48,877 bases of DNA. Origin: a virus. Its lineage: Duplodnaviria > Caudoviricetes. The notes beneath the pieces were generated by a model. It searched no databases and was not told the DNA's origin. It saw only the letters and a list, made by a program, of their open reading frames with translations. Made by a program: the position numbers and the translations under genes. Positions 28,127 to 38,496 of this stretch are shown here, piece after piece (position 1 is the stretch's first letter; the number at the start of each line of letters is the position of its first letter). The stretch is taken from positions 1 through 48,877 of IMG/VR virus record IMGVR_UViG_3300042360_000387; one strand, 5' to 3'.

Positions 28127-29398
28127 TTAATCCTTATCTGGTCTTGTTTTTATATATCTTGGGAAGCGTAATGAATAACTTTCAGATCCCTTACTTTTTG
28201 TAATGCTATCATACTTGATTTCTACAATTTTTGCAATATATTTTTCACGATTATTCCAAAATTCCTTTCTATCATCATCAGATAAACCTGAACCTACAGA
28301 AACACTTATGAAAGTATCTTCATGTATTCCTTCGCAAACTATTGCACCACACATCCCAACATATTTTCCAGTTCCTTCAACAATATCAATGATTTTAAGA
28401 TCTGCTGTCTCATTACTTTTCATTTTGATCCAAGCTATATTCTTTTCATAAAGATATTCAGAATATCTATCTTTAACAACGATACCTTCCATACCCTTAG
28501 CACACTGTTGTTCCATAATTTTTAGAAATTGATTTCGTGTATAATTATTGACATAAAAACTTTCTGTTTGCTTAATGTTATCTTCAACAATATAATTTTC
28601 TAAAACATGTTTGATATTTTCTAAACGATTTTCTAAAACAGTATCTGTTATTTCGTCAAAAATAACATCAAACATCATAAAGATAGCATCGTCACATTGT
28701 GCATTATCTTTACGTTGGAGTTGTGTAGAAAGAGTTTGGAAATCATCAGAAATAATTTCTCCATCAAACATGACAACATCATATAATAAAAAATGTTCTT
28801 TATTCTTTAAGAAACTTTCTTCAATTTTTTTAAAGTTAAGATATGGTTTATCATTTCTTGAACGAATTTCAACTCTACCTGTTTTAGGATATAAGAAAAC
28901 ATTTGCTCGAACTCCGTCATACTTAGGCTGCCATATTTTTTCACCAAGATACTTATCTTCTCGATTTGTAGAAACTGCACCCATTGGTGAAAATAGAACA
29001 ATTTGTTTATATCCTAACTCACCTGCAATGTGATTATAGATTGTAGAAGTTACTCCACATCTTAAATCTTTTTTAAGAGCTGGGAAGAAAACTGTTTCCC
29101 AACATTCTTGAGTAGAATAGTTTGCACAGAAAGTATGAATAGCATCTTGTGCAGCATCACCTGTATATATTCTATTCTTTAGTCTATCACGAAGTATTTT
29201 AAATTCCTGCAAACTGCTTTCACTAGCAAATTTCTTAATAGGGTTCTTTAATTTCTTTACGTTATAAACATTTCTTGAATATGTGGTGTGAAATATTTCT
29301 TGAATATCAGAATTAATGTTTTTCCTAAGAATTTCTTTTTTCTCATTTGAAGAACTAGTTGATGCTAGTTTCTTAATTGTATCAATAACTTGTTGCAT
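28127..29398 (-). CDS. gp30: ATP-dependent DNA ligase gp30-like
   Basis: PKYDGVR, FDGEI, EGIVVK, WIKMK, VGSG, SLRFPR. Confidence 0.96.
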   Translation of the reverse strand: MQQVIDTIKKLASTSSSNEKKEILRKNINSDIQEIFHTTYSRNVYNVKKLKNPIKKFASESSLQEFKILRDRLKNRIYTGDAAQDAIHTFCANYSTQECWETVFFPALKKDLRCGVTSTIYNHIAGELGYKQIVLFSPMGAVSTNREDKYLGEKIWQPKYDGVRANVFLYPKTGRVEIRSRNDKPYLNFKKIEESFLKNKEHFLLYDVVMFDGEIISDDFQTLSTQLQRKDNAQCDDAIFMMFDVIFDEITDTVLENRLENIKHVLENYIVEDNIKQTESFYVNNYTRNQFLKIMEQQCAKGMEGIVVKDRYSEYLYEKNIAWIKMKSNETADLKIIDIVEGTGKYVGMCGAIVCEGIHEDTFISVSVGSGLSDDDRKEFWNNREKYIAKIVEIKYDSITKSKGSESYSLRFPRYIKTRPDKD

Positions 29399-29407
29399 AG
29401 TAATCCT

Positions 29408-30121
29408 TTAAAATAATTTTGAAATATTATTATAATGTGCTTTTTTTATTCTGTCAACTGATAAATCAAAGTATTTTTTATCAATTTCGATTCCAATAAA
29501 TTTTTTCCCTAAATTTATTGCAGCAATACCACAACTCCCTACTCCCATAAATGGATCTAAAATAGTTTCTACATTTTTATCTAATTTAGATATACACCAT
29601 TCCATAACTCCAATAGGTTTTTGTGTAGGGTGTATTCTTTTTTTAATATCTTCCTTCTCAGTCCCAAAGCAACCAAACCACTTGTGACGTATAAAATCTT
29701 TTTTTCTCTTTTTAGAAAACCATATTGTTTCGTAACAACTCCCAAATGCTTTGTCACTACTTTCTGATAGTCGTTTATCCCATATAGAAACAGAACCACC
29801 TTTAGGTAATTTGTCATAAAAATAATCGCATCCGAAAAATACTTGTTGCTTACCAAGCAAGAAAATTGTAGGATCAAATTCTTTATCATCCCCGATAACT
29901 GGTTCATAAGTGTTTCCTGTAGGAACCCAAGCACCATTAGATTTTCCATTTTTAAAATTTGAATTGTTTTTCATTCCCGAAAAATCAGTATTTAATTTCA
30001 TTCCGTAAGGAGGATCTGTAACAACTGCATCTATATTAGTCAAATCTTTTATAATATTGTAACAATCACCCAGATAAAGAGTATGATTTCCTATTTCAAT
30101 TTTTTCTTCATATGACATCAT
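29408..30121 (-). CDS. N4C/N6A DNA methyltransferase (beta class)
   Basis: TDPPYG, HPTQKP, LDPFMGVGS. Confidence 0.93.
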   Translation of the reverse strand: MMSYEEKIEIGNHTLYLGDCYNIIKDLTNIDAVVTDPPYGMKLNTDFSGMKNNSNFKNGKSNGAWVPTGNTYEPVIGDDKEFDPTIFLLGKQQVFFGCDYFYDKLPKGGSVSIWDKRLSESSDKAFGSCYETIWFSKKRKKDFIRHKWFGCFGTEKEDIKKRIHPTQKPIGVMEWCISKLDKNVETILDPFMGVGSCGIAAINLGKKFIGIEIDKKYFDLSVDRIKKAHYNNISKLF

Positions 30122-30128
30122 ATATTCC

Positions 30129-30716
30129 TTATATAGTAAATAGTGGTAGTGGATTTACTATATCAATGTTTAATTCACTTTGCAAGCATAAAAACAACTC
30201 TTGTTTATTATTTGCTGTAATATTAATCACTTTAGAAACTAACCCATCACAATTTACATAATTTCTGCTATCATTAGAATAATCACATCCATCTCTATAA
30301 AGATTTACAACAACAATGTTTTCTGACCCAATAGTTGCGGATAGAGGAACTAATTCTTCACGAAACCCAAAATCAGATACAACAGTCATGTAGTCTTGTA
30401 GATATTCTGCAATTTTTCTAGCAGCAATTCTTCCCCAGAAATCTTTCCCGTAAGTAGGTTTAATAATATTTTCAGAAAATTTCATATATTCTTTTCTTGG
30501 TGTTAACCCATTCATAATTTCGTTAGGATAATCTTTAGTCCTTTCAAAGTGATCCATAGGGACATTTAATCCATAAAGTGCATGAACCGCATTTTTAAGA
30601 GGTTCTGCAAATTTGTAATGTTTGACTTTATGTTTCCCATAAGCATCAATAATAAATTGTGCGCTTGTATCTTTTCCAGAACGGCTAGGACCTCCAAAAA
30701 GTATTACTTTATTCAT
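30129..30716 (-). CDS. deoxynucleoside monophosphate kinase (gp1-like)
   Basis: GPSRSGKDT, FAEPLK, TPR, VSDFGFREE. Confidence 0.85.
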   Translation of the reverse strand: MNKVILFGGPSRSGKDTSAQFIIDAYGKHKVKHYKFAEPLKNAVHALYGLNVPMDHFERTKDYPNEIMNGLTPRKEYMKFSENIIKPTYGKDFWGRIAARKIAEYLQDYMTVVSDFGFREELVPLSATIGSENIVVVNLYRDGCDYSNDSRNYVNCDGLVSKVINITANNKQELFLCLQSELNIDIVNPLPLFTI

Positions 30717-31533
30717 TTTTAAATTCCTTATCTTTTATAGTTTCTATATATGATATAATAAATTCTGCTGCAACTTGCGGGACTATTGCGTTTCCAAATC
30801 CAGAACACACAATTTCTCGTATCCGTTGGGGTATCCCATTAACCAACAAAGGAACTCGAGGTTTAATCCCTCTGCGTTTTCCATCTGGGCATCGTATATA
30901 TTCAACTTGTTTGAAGTGTTCCAAAGGTGAAAGTGAACCATCTCCCGAAGGTTGCTGGAACATTTCTGTTTCCCAAACCTTTTCTTTAACTGTTCCTTTG
31001 TCCTTACGAACATACTGTCCTTTGTATTTGGAGTCGCCCACAAAGAATAATCTATTCCTGCGATGCGGGGATTCGACACCGCAAGCTGGAAGTATCGCCG
31101 ACGCTGTTGCGTATGACATATTTTCCAAATCATTACAAACTTCATCCAACCACCCGAAGGCAATCGCTGACGCAACTTGCTCTCCAAAGACAACTGGAGG
31201 TTTGCACTCTTGGATAAGTTGTTTCCAAATGGGCCATAAATGTCTTTCATCTGCATTTCCTCTTTGACTTCCTGCTGTAGAAAACGGTTGACATGGGCAG
31301 CTTCCTGTCCAAACTTTCTTAGAATTATCCCAATTAGCATATTGAAGTGCTAAAGTCCAACCTCCAATTCCTGCGAAAAAATGACATTGATCGTATTCTA
31401 GCAATTCTTTATAATCTATTTCAGTAATGCTTCTTGTATCTATATCACCTTTAGGAATATATCCAGCGTTCATAGCATTTCCTAACCACTTGGCTGCATC
31501 CTTATTCCATTCATTATAGTAGACAGATACCAT
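30709..31533 (-). CDS. C5-cytosine DNA methyltransferase, large (alpha) chain
   Basis: FFAGIGG (I), GSCPCQPFS (IV), GEQV (VI), HRRNRLFF (VIII), GNAIVP (X); motif IX not evident. Confidence 0.92.
   Translation of the reverse strand: MVSVYYNEWNKDAAKWLGNAMNAGYIPKGDIDTRSITEIDYKELLEYDQCHFFAGIGGWTLALQYANWDNSKKVWTGSCPCQPFSTAGSQRGNADERHLWPIWKQLIQECKPPVVFGEQVASAIAFGWLDEVCNDLENMSYATASAILPACGVESPHRRNRLFFVGDSKYKGQYVRKDKGTVKEKVWETEMFQQPSGDGSLSPLEHFKQVEYIRCPDGKRRGIKPRVPLLVNGIPQRIREIVCSGFGNAIVPQVAAEFIISYIETIKDKEFKNE
30783..31250 (-). CDS. putative C5-MTase small (beta) chain nested in an alternative frame
   Basis: Internal GAGG SD before ATG 31250; WATP and LNLEFLCWLMGYP (motif IX-like). Confidence 0.72.
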   Translation of the reverse strand: MKDIYGPFGNNLSKSANLQLSLESKLRQRLPSGGWMKFVMIWKICHTQQRRRYFQLAVSNPRIAGIDYSLWATPNTKDSMFVRTKEQLKKRFGKQKCSSNLREMVHFHLWNTSNKLNIYDAQMENAEGLNLEFLCWLMGYPNGYEKLCVLDLETQ

Positions 31534-31535
31534 TT

Positions 31536-31799
31536 TTATTCCGCATAGTCAATATTGTGTTTATGCTTTGCTAATTTTTCAAAGTCAATTTCTAAATCTA
31601 CAGAAATATTATCTTTCAAATATGCAGTAACATTACTAGAAAGATAATTTAAAAACAAAGTTTCTATATTTTCTGGAATTTCTGTAGTGTAGATATCTAT
31701 AAGATTTGTTGGGTTATAAAATTGTAGCGACCAATCGTCACATTCATCCCATTCTTTAAAATTTCCTATTTTAACACCTAGTATATTAATTTCTGTCAT
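31536..31799 (-). CDS. hypothetical protein
   Basis: Operon packing, AAGGA SD. Confidence 0.6.
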   Translation of the reverse strand: MTEINILGVKIGNFKEWDECDDWSLQFYNPTNLIDIYTTEIPENIETLFLNYLSSNVTAYLKDNISVDLEIDFEKLAKHKHNIDYAE

Positions 31800-32627
31800 C
31801 TAAAAATTCCTTATTAACATTTCTTTATTGTAACATCCTGCAGCATTACTCATTTTATTATGAGTTTCATAATAGAAAACATTATAATCCTTATAGAGTT
31901 CTTTATTAAAATCTGTTGCTGAATTTGTCATACAAAACTTTACATTTTTAACTTTACTAATATTATCACAATATTTTTTAAGTTGCAAGTGAAAAATATC
32001 ACTATCTGCATTATTATGATTATAATTATTCATTGTATTATGATACGGAGGATCCATAAATACAAATGAATTTTCACTAGGAATAATATCTTCATAAGAA
32101 CAATTCTTAACAGAAACTCGTTGAAGAATAATAGAAAGAAACATTATACGTTCTTTAGAAATCATATAAGCATTATCTTTAAATCCAAAAGATGAATTAA
32201 AATGACCTTTGCTATTTGTCCTATATTTCCCCTTTATTGTAGAATACATAAGATACATAAACAATGCTGATTTTTCTATAGAAGGTTCAATTAAAGAATT
32301 ATATTGCGATCTTCGCTCATAGTATTCTTTTTCTTCATTATTATATGAAGTGTAAAATTTTAAAATTTCTTCAAGGTTGTCTCTAACATCAATATAGCAG
32401 TTAATCAGTTCGCTATTATAATCAGATATATTCCAAAAAATATTCTTGTTAGAAAGTTTTTTCTTGTAGTTGTGAATGAATACAGAACCACCACCGACAA
32501 AAGGTTCATAATAGTGTTCGTATTCTTTAGGAAAATACTTTGTAATGTGATGTAGATGATTTCTTTTTCCTCCAACCCAAATTACAAATTTGGATATAGA
32601 TGGATCTGGTATATTTTCAAAAAACAT
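31800..32627 (-). CDS. dam: Dam-like (D12 class) adenine methyltransferase
   Basis: WVGGK, YYEPFVGGGSV, FMDPPY. Confidence 0.92.
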   Translation of the reverse strand: MFFENIPDPSISKFVIWVGGKRNHLHHITKYFPKEYEHYYEPFVGGGSVFIHNYKKKLSNKNIFWNISDYNSELINCYIDVRDNLEEILKFYTSYNNEEKEYYERRSQYNSLIEPSIEKSALFMYLMYSTIKGKYRTNSKGHFNSSFGFKDNAYMISKERIMFLSIILQRVSVKNCSYEDIIPSENSFVFMDPPYHNTMNNYNHNNADSDIFHLQLKKYCDNISKVKNVKFCMTNSATDFNKELYKDYNVFYYETHNKMSNAAGCYNKEMLIRNF

Positions 32628-34340
32628 TTATGAAATCCTCGTAAAATTACTAATTTTTTCTAACTGTAAATGGGAGTGCATCTTATCAAAAAGGAAATCC
32701 CCCATATGCGTTATAACAAAAACATTCGTAGTTGTCAAACTTTCAAGAATGTTAAGAAGACTTTCTCTAGCATTCTCATCTAACGAGCCATCGAAGACTT
32801 CATCTAATATGAGAAGATTACAAGCTGCACTATTGCGCAACTTAGCAACTTCTCTCCAAGTAAAGAGCAACGCAAGATCTATTCTAGACTTTTCACCCTC
32901 ACTAAAAGATGAATATGAAAATCTATCTTGGTGCATACTTCTAATTTTTTCTTCAAATTCTAAATTCAATTCATACGTTATATAGAATCCCATTAGCGAT
33001 AGATATTGCTTGATTGTCTTATTAATCACTGGGATATATTTTTCAATAATTTTCGTTTTAATTCCAGAATCTTTAAGGAGTTCAAGTGATATTTCATGCA
33101 CTTTTTTTTCTTTAAGGATTTTCTTATACTCAATAATATTTTCTTTATACTCATTCTTTAATTCTTCAAGTTCTTGATGCAATTTTTCTGTATCTATATC
33201 AGTATCTTTATTCTTATCATATAGACACTTTTGGATATTTTCTTGAAGAGTAGATATCTTTATCATATCATAATCAATAGACTTTTGAATTACAGAAATA
33301 TCTGTCTGTAAGTTTGAAATTATAGAAAGTTTGCTATCAAGAGTTTGTTGTGCTGTGATAATTTTATCTATAGTTTCTTCATGCGTTGTAATTGTTTCTT
33401 TACAATAATTAATCTTTTCATTTCGGAATTCTTCACTAATTGATTGTGTGCAAGTAGGACATACTTCATTTACTGAAAAGAAATTTAAATTCTTTTTTTC
33501 AGAATGTATTGTGCTTTGTAGAGTATTTAATTTTTTAGTAATAGAATCCCTAGTAGATTTGATTTCGTCATGTTTAAGGTTTAAAATACTATTTCTAATA
33601 GTAGATATTTCACTTTCTTTTTCAATTATAGAACTCTTGATAGATTCTATTTGACTGTTGAAATTGTCAATATTTGTTTGGATTTCTTCAATGCGTTCAT
33701 CTTGCTTTTTAGATAGAAATTCAATCATTCCTTTCTTCAATGATATTTTTTCTTTAAGGATAGTTTCTGTATTTTCAAGCGCAACTTTTGTTTCTTTAAG
33801 TGTATTATATTTTTCTTTAAGGACTGAATTCATTTTAGAAAACACACCGATATCTAGTAGATCCTCAATGATGTTTCTTCTTTCTGCAAGTGATAGTTGC
33901 ATGAATGGTGTATAGTTTGAAGATGATAGAATAACGATTTGACAGAACGATCTATAATTCATTCCTAAAATATGTGTTTCTAAATACTGTTGATAATCCC
34001 TGTTAGCGGAATCCTGATTTAACATTACACCATTTTTATAAATTTCAAAAATCTTAGGAGCAATTCCACGGATTACTTTGTAACTATCATTAGCTTTATT
34101 AAAAGATATTTCTACAAGACATCCTTTTTTGTTGATTGAGTTGACAATTTGTGGGAGATTTATTTTTCTATAGGGTTTACCATATAGTGCAAAAATAATG
34201 GAATCTGTTAGAAGCGCACTTTTTCCAAATCCATTTGCACCTGTAATGAGAGTATTCTTAGATTTATCTAGAAATATTTCTATAGGATTGTTGCCTACAG
34301 AAAAGAAATTTTGCATCTTTATAGATTTAAAAATAATCAT
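32628..34340 (-). CDS. gp46: recombination nuclease ATPase subunit gp46 (Rad50/SbcC-like)
   Basis: GANGFGKS, CPTC hook, FSEGEK, LILDEVFD. Confidence 0.97.
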   Translation of the reverse strand: MIIFKSIKMQNFFSVGNNPIEIFLDKSKNTLITGANGFGKSALLTDSIIFALYGKPYRKINLPQIVNSINKKGCLVEISFNKANDSYKVIRGIAPKIFEIYKNGVMLNQDSANRDYQQYLETHILGMNYRSFCQIVILSSSNYTPFMQLSLAERRNIIEDLLDIGVFSKMNSVLKEKYNTLKETKVALENTETILKEKISLKKGMIEFLSKKQDERIEEIQTNIDNFNSQIESIKSSIIEKESEISTIRNSILNLKHDEIKSTRDSITKKLNTLQSTIHSEKKNLNFFSVNEVCPTCTQSISEEFRNEKINYCKETITTHEETIDKIITAQQTLDSKLSIISNLQTDISVIQKSIDYDMIKISTLQENIQKCLYDKNKDTDIDTEKLHQELEELKNEYKENIIEYKKILKEKKVHEISLELLKDSGIKTKIIEKYIPVINKTIKQYLSLMGFYITYELNLEFEEKIRSMHQDRFSYSSFSEGEKSRIDLALLFTWREVAKLRNSAACNLLILDEVFDGSLDENARESLLNILESLTTTNVFVITHMGDFLFDKMHSHLQLEKISNFTRIS

Positions 34341-34342
34341 TC

Positions 34343-35386
34343 TTAATTTACTTCCACATATAATTGACTAAACAAATTCTTAACATCTTTCTTATATCTA
34401 TCTTCAACACTATTTGTATAATTGTTAATAATTGTTAATGTATCCTCACTGTCAAAAGTTTCTTCAGATAGTATATCATTATCAACTGTAACACTTTCGT
34501 CAATAATTTTCAAGTCAAAAGTTTTAATATTTTTGATCCCTTCACAAAACTTTTCGTAGGAAAATATATCAGTTTTCTTTTCTGTAAATATTTTTATAAA
34601 GCAATTTTCATACTTTGTAAAGTCAAAATTACTGTAATTATTTTTTTCGTCGTTATAAAAAATTTTATGAAAGTAGGCTTGTGAATTTTCAATAAATTCT
34701 AGTTCGTGTGTTTCTGTATCAAAAACATGGAATCCTTTCTTATCTGCGTAGTCACTCCAACACATTTCATATTGAGTTCCACAATAGTAGATATGTTTAT
34801 TGTTAGAACGAGTATGATAGTGACCGGAAATTACCTTATCAAACTTTAAAAAATCATTAGAATTAAAGCCACCTTCTGATTTAACTCCTTTCATCATATC
34901 AAATCCTACAAAGTCGAAATGTCCAAAGCATATCTTAGCATTAGATTCATCTCTTATTCTTATAGAATCTTCGTAATTGTCTGCACAAATCCAAGGTAGG
35001 AATAAGAACTTATCATCACCATAGTGTTGTTCGCTAGGACACTTGAAAACTTGAATGTTATTATACTTAGAAAGTAGAAGTTCGGGAGAATTAATTTCAT
35101 TTGTGTTCTTTAAATATGTATCGTGATTGCCTAATATAATATCTAGCTTAACTCCCATATTTATAAGTGGGTTCAAAAAAGTTTTTTTGAAAAAATATAG
35201 TGAATGAAAGTTTATAAATTTTCTTCTATCAAACAAATCACCTAAATGTAGAACTTGTGTAATATTATTTTCTATAAGATATGGGAAAAATACTTTTGAA
35301 AAGAATTCTTCTTGAATGTGAAGAATAAAGGGTGAATCGTTTCGAGAACCAAAATGAGAATCATTCAATATCGCTATACGCATCAA
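34343..35386 (-). CDS. gp47: recombination nuclease subunit gp47 (Mre11/SbcD-like)
   Basis: DSHFG, HLGDLFD, GNHD, GH, SGHYH. Confidence 0.96.
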   Translation of the reverse strand: MMRIAILNDSHFGSRNDSPFILHIQEEFFSKVFFPYLIENNITQVLHLGDLFDRRKFINFHSLYFFKKTFLNPLINMGVKLDIILGNHDTYLKNTNEINSPELLLSKYNNIQVFKCPSEQHYGDDKFLFLPWICADNYEDSIRIRDESNAKICFGHFDFVGFDMMKGVKSEGGFNSNDFLKFDKVISGHYHTRSNNKHIYYCGTQYEMCWSDYADKKGFHVFDTETHELEFIENSQAYFHKIFYNDEKNNYSNFDFTKYENCFIKIFTEKKTDIFSYEKFCEGIKNIKTFDLKIIDESVTVDNDILSEETFDSEDTLTIINNYTNSVEDRYKKDVKNLFSQLYVEVN

Positions 35387-35949
35387 AACAACCTATTAAC
35401 ATTAGGATTAATATCAGTATCTGATTTTTTCTTTATACGAATTGTTTTTTTAGTTAAATATGCAGGTTCTTCTTTATTTGACATCGAAGAAAAGTTTTCT
35501 AAAAACTCATTAACATAGACTCTATCGTCATTATCTTGAAGTTCAAATAATTCACTTACACAAAAATTTTGAATGAGATTATTTCTAATTGCTGATTGTT
35601 TCTTTTCTTTTTTAATTCTCAAGATAAAAGCATTAAAACAAAGCTGAGTAAGATAAGCATGTGCGTTTGATCTATCAGGGTCGAAATTGTGCATATACAT
35701 TAGAGCACATTCTACAGCATCAGAAATCATTTCTTCTCTCCAAGAATATCCTGAAAAGTTAGGACGTTTTGCTAATTGTGTTGCTAGTGTAACAATAGCA
35801 CCTCCTAAATAATTACTAGCTTTAATTCTTGTATATGGCCTGATTTTTTTAGGATTAGCTTTTTTAAATTCTTGTGCATATAACGCAAGTTCTTCTGTAA
35901 GTTTTTTACCATCAATGTGATTTTTTTTAATTCTTTTTGTGACTGTCAT
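35383..35949 (-). CDS. gp55: late transcription sigma factor gp55
   Basis: PNFSGYSWREEMISDA, NFDP, AYLTQ.CFNAF..RI.KEKKQ. Confidence 0.95.
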   Translation of the reverse strand: MTVTKRIKKNHIDGKKLTEELALYAQEFKKANPKKIRPYTRIKASNYLGGAIVTLATQLAKRPNFSGYSWREEMISDAVECALMYMHNFDPDRSNAHAYLTQLCFNAFILRIKKEKKQSAIRNNLIQNFCVSELFELQDNDDRVYVNEFLENFSSMSNKEEPAYLTKKTIRIKKKSDTDINPNVNRLF

Positions 35950-36137
35950 GTTTCGTTTTACCTTGTAAATTAATATAACGAAAAATAAGAAATTGTAAAG
36001 ATATATTGTGGGATTGATTACCTACATTACTCATAAATATGTATAAGAGGTCTTAATTAGATGAAAAATATCTTTACAATATAATATAACATATTTAAAA
36101 ATAAGATACAACAACTATTTTAAATTATTACAAAGAA

Positions 36138-36593
36138 TTAATATTCGTATTTAGCTTTTAATTCGTTCCTAAAATTTGTATCTGTGTCATGATTTAAATA
36201 TGATTTCATACATTTACATTTATTTTCTAAACGTCTAAATTCTAATGCTTCACTAACACTAATTTTAGAAATTTCTTTACCTGTAGACATTTGACAAAAA
36301 TTTGTAGCATTTATATATCCAGAAACATTACCTTTAAATCTAGCAATGACGTTACTAGTTTCTAAGAAATGTGGGTCAATTTCAGTTTTATTTTTTAATT
36401 CTATATTAGTAGTATTTTCAAACACAATAATTTTTAACCCATTAAATGGAGTTTCTATGTGATAGTAAATTATTGTCATCACCAAATAATCATATTCTTT
36501 AGAATACAGAATAGTGTATTTTTGATGTGACTTTTCTACATAAAAATGACTTTCTATAGAATTAGAACTACGTCTTAAAAAATTCATTCCCAT
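36138..36593 (-). CDS. hypothetical protein
   Basis: 151-aa ORF with DPHF...IARF motif seen in phage proteins. Confidence 0.7.
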   Translation of the reverse strand: MGMNFLRRSSNSIESHFYVEKSHQKYTILYSKEYDYLVMTIIYYHIETPFNGLKIIVFENTTNIELKNKTEIDPHFLETSNVIARFKGNVSGYINATNFCQMSTGKEISKISVSEALEFRRLENKCKCMKSYLNHDTDTNFRNELKAKYEY

Positions 36594-36677
36594 ATTATAC
36601 CTTGAAATTTAGTTGAAATGCTATATTATTATAAAGAAAAATCTATTGCAATGGATAAAACATTACAAATTTTTAAC

Positions 36678-36907
36678 TTGACACGATTTTTAGAAATGTG
36701 TATAATATTTTTAAAGTCCTTTTAAAAGTATTTAAAATTAATCTTTATAAAAATAAATCTTAAAATAATTATACTTAAAAATAATATTAAAGTAAAGTAT
36801 ATAAAAACATTAAATTACTTAAAATATCTTTAAAGTGTTATAAAATACTTTAATCATCAAAAATCAAACAAGTTGATTTTTGAATGTTTTTACTAACGTA
36901 AAAACAT
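36678..36907 (+). other. orphan consensus promoter + AT-rich tract + tandem hairpins; candidate replication origin
   Basis: TTGACA-N17-TATAAT (36678-36706) into ORF-free A/T tract; hairpins 36857-36883 and 36884-36907. Confidence 0.5.
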
Positions 36908-36980
36908 CACTTTATAAATTAATTATTCTAATAAGCGAAGTCGCTAAATACTTAGGGAATCCACATTTTATTTATGTTCT

Positions 36981-38459
36981 TTAATACTCTATTTTAACTA
37001 CAGAGTAATCCAATTTCTCTCTATTGTAATATTCTAATCTATTTTCTAAAAAATGTTTTAATGAATAGTTTTGAGATTTCTTATATGAGTAATCATCTAC
37101 TAAATCATAGCAATAAACATATTGAGAATTCCCTAGTCGAATTATTCTTCCAATAGATTGTAGAGTTCTTATTTCTGATTTTACTGGTGTTGCAAAAATA
37201 AGGATATTCAAATTCTTAATATTTATTCCAGTAGAAAATGTCTGATACGAACAAACTAGAATACATTTATTATCATTAGCGAACTTTCTAATTCTTTCCC
37301 TTTCAATTCCAAAAATACTCCCATCTATATAGAAAATTGGTTTGTCACTAATTTTCTTTATAGCATTATAGAGTTCTTTCCCATATTCTATACCATCAAA
37401 AAGAACTAAACAAGTATCGGTTTGTTTAAGTGCTAACTTGCATATAAGTGATTTTCGTTTTTCTAAACTTTTGATGTAATCTTTTTCTTGTTGATATGTA
37501 GCATTACAAATAGTCTTTCTAACACTTTCAGATTTTTCAAGCAAATGCAAAACTTTTATTTGAAGACTTGCAGAGTTTCCTATATCCATTTGTTTTCTAG
37601 TTGTAGTAAGTTCTATCTCATCTCCAAAAAGTGCTTTTAATTGCATCTTGTCAATTTTACCAGAACCCGCAGTCCCACTAGTTCCAATTTTATAAGATGC
37701 TTCGGTGCATTTCTCAACTATCTTAGAAATTTCACCAGCTTTCGCAGTATGACATTCGTCAATTATTAAACAATCAAATTTTTTGAACCACTCTTCTGAG
37801 AGTCGAATTAGGCTTTGCCAAGTCGAGATGACAATATCATAATCATCAACTTCTTTAGAAACTCCTGCCATAATCTTATGACATGTTTTATCTATATCTA
37901 TATCATAATTTTCTGAAGAATAATCTTTAAAATCGGAATGGATTTGATTTACAAGATTTACTGTAGGAACAACTATAAGAACTTTTCCTCCCTTTGATTT
38001 TATAAACTGTGCTATACAGTAAATCATAAGGGATTTCCCACTACCTGTAGGAGATTTTAAAACTGCTCGTTTCTTTTGTAGTGCATGATGTATTCCTATG
38101 TTCTGAAAATCATAGGGTTCTATTTTTTTATTATCAGAATGTAAATTGAGTTGCTTTATAAACGAATCTATTTCTGAAGTTTCTACTAGAATTGATTTTT
38201 CAAACCCTGATAGCGCAACAGAATAATTATTATTTTTACACCATCCAAGAAAATCTTTAAGTAGTCCATAAGGTAGTGTCGAAGTTGGTTTGTGATAGAG
38301 TCTGATAAACCCATCCCAAATCTTTTCCTTAAATGACTTTTGAAATCTAGCACTTTCTACCCAGAATTTATAGTGTTCTGAAATTTCATTTTTAATCCCA
38401 ACTTCACATTGAATTTTTAAAAATGAATTATTTGTCTTTATTATGGTGATGTCGCTCAT
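36981..38459 (-). CDS. uvsW: SF2 helicase UvsW
   Basis: WDGFIRLY, SPTGSGKS, IDECH, STGINI, QSIGR; start set to ATG 38459 rather than the GTG inside the repeat. Confidence 0.96.
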   Translation of the reverse strand: MSDITIIKTNNSFLKIQCEVGIKNEISEHYKFWVESARFQKSFKEKIWDGFIRLYHKPTSTLPYGLLKDFLGWCKNNNYSVALSGFEKSILVETSEIDSFIKQLNLHSDNKKIEPYDFQNIGIHHALQKKRAVLKSPTGSGKSLMIYCIAQFIKSKGGKVLIVVPTVNLVNQIHSDFKDYSSENYDIDIDKTCHKIMAGVSKEVDDYDIVISTWQSLIRLSEEWFKKFDCLIIDECHTAKAGEISKIVEKCTEASYKIGTSGTAGSGKIDKMQLKALFGDEIELTTTRKQMDIGNSASLQIKVLHLLEKSESVRKTICNATYQQEKDYIKSLEKRKSLICKLALKQTDTCLVLFDGIEYGKELYNAIKKISDKPIFYIDGSIFGIERERIRKFANDNKCILVCSYQTFSTGINIKNLNILIFATPVKSEIRTLQSIGRIIRLGNSQYVYCYDLVDDYSYKKSQNYSLKHFLENRLEYYNREKLDYSVVKIEY

Positions 38460-38496
38460 AAGATTATTTAGTTTTAATTTCTTGCGTATTATAGAT

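Noticed and set aside
29581-29949. 122-aa same-strand alternative ORF inside the N4/N6 MTase
   Set aside because: The host ORF already has all its motifs and the nested frame shows no recognisable motif, unlike the C5-MTase case.
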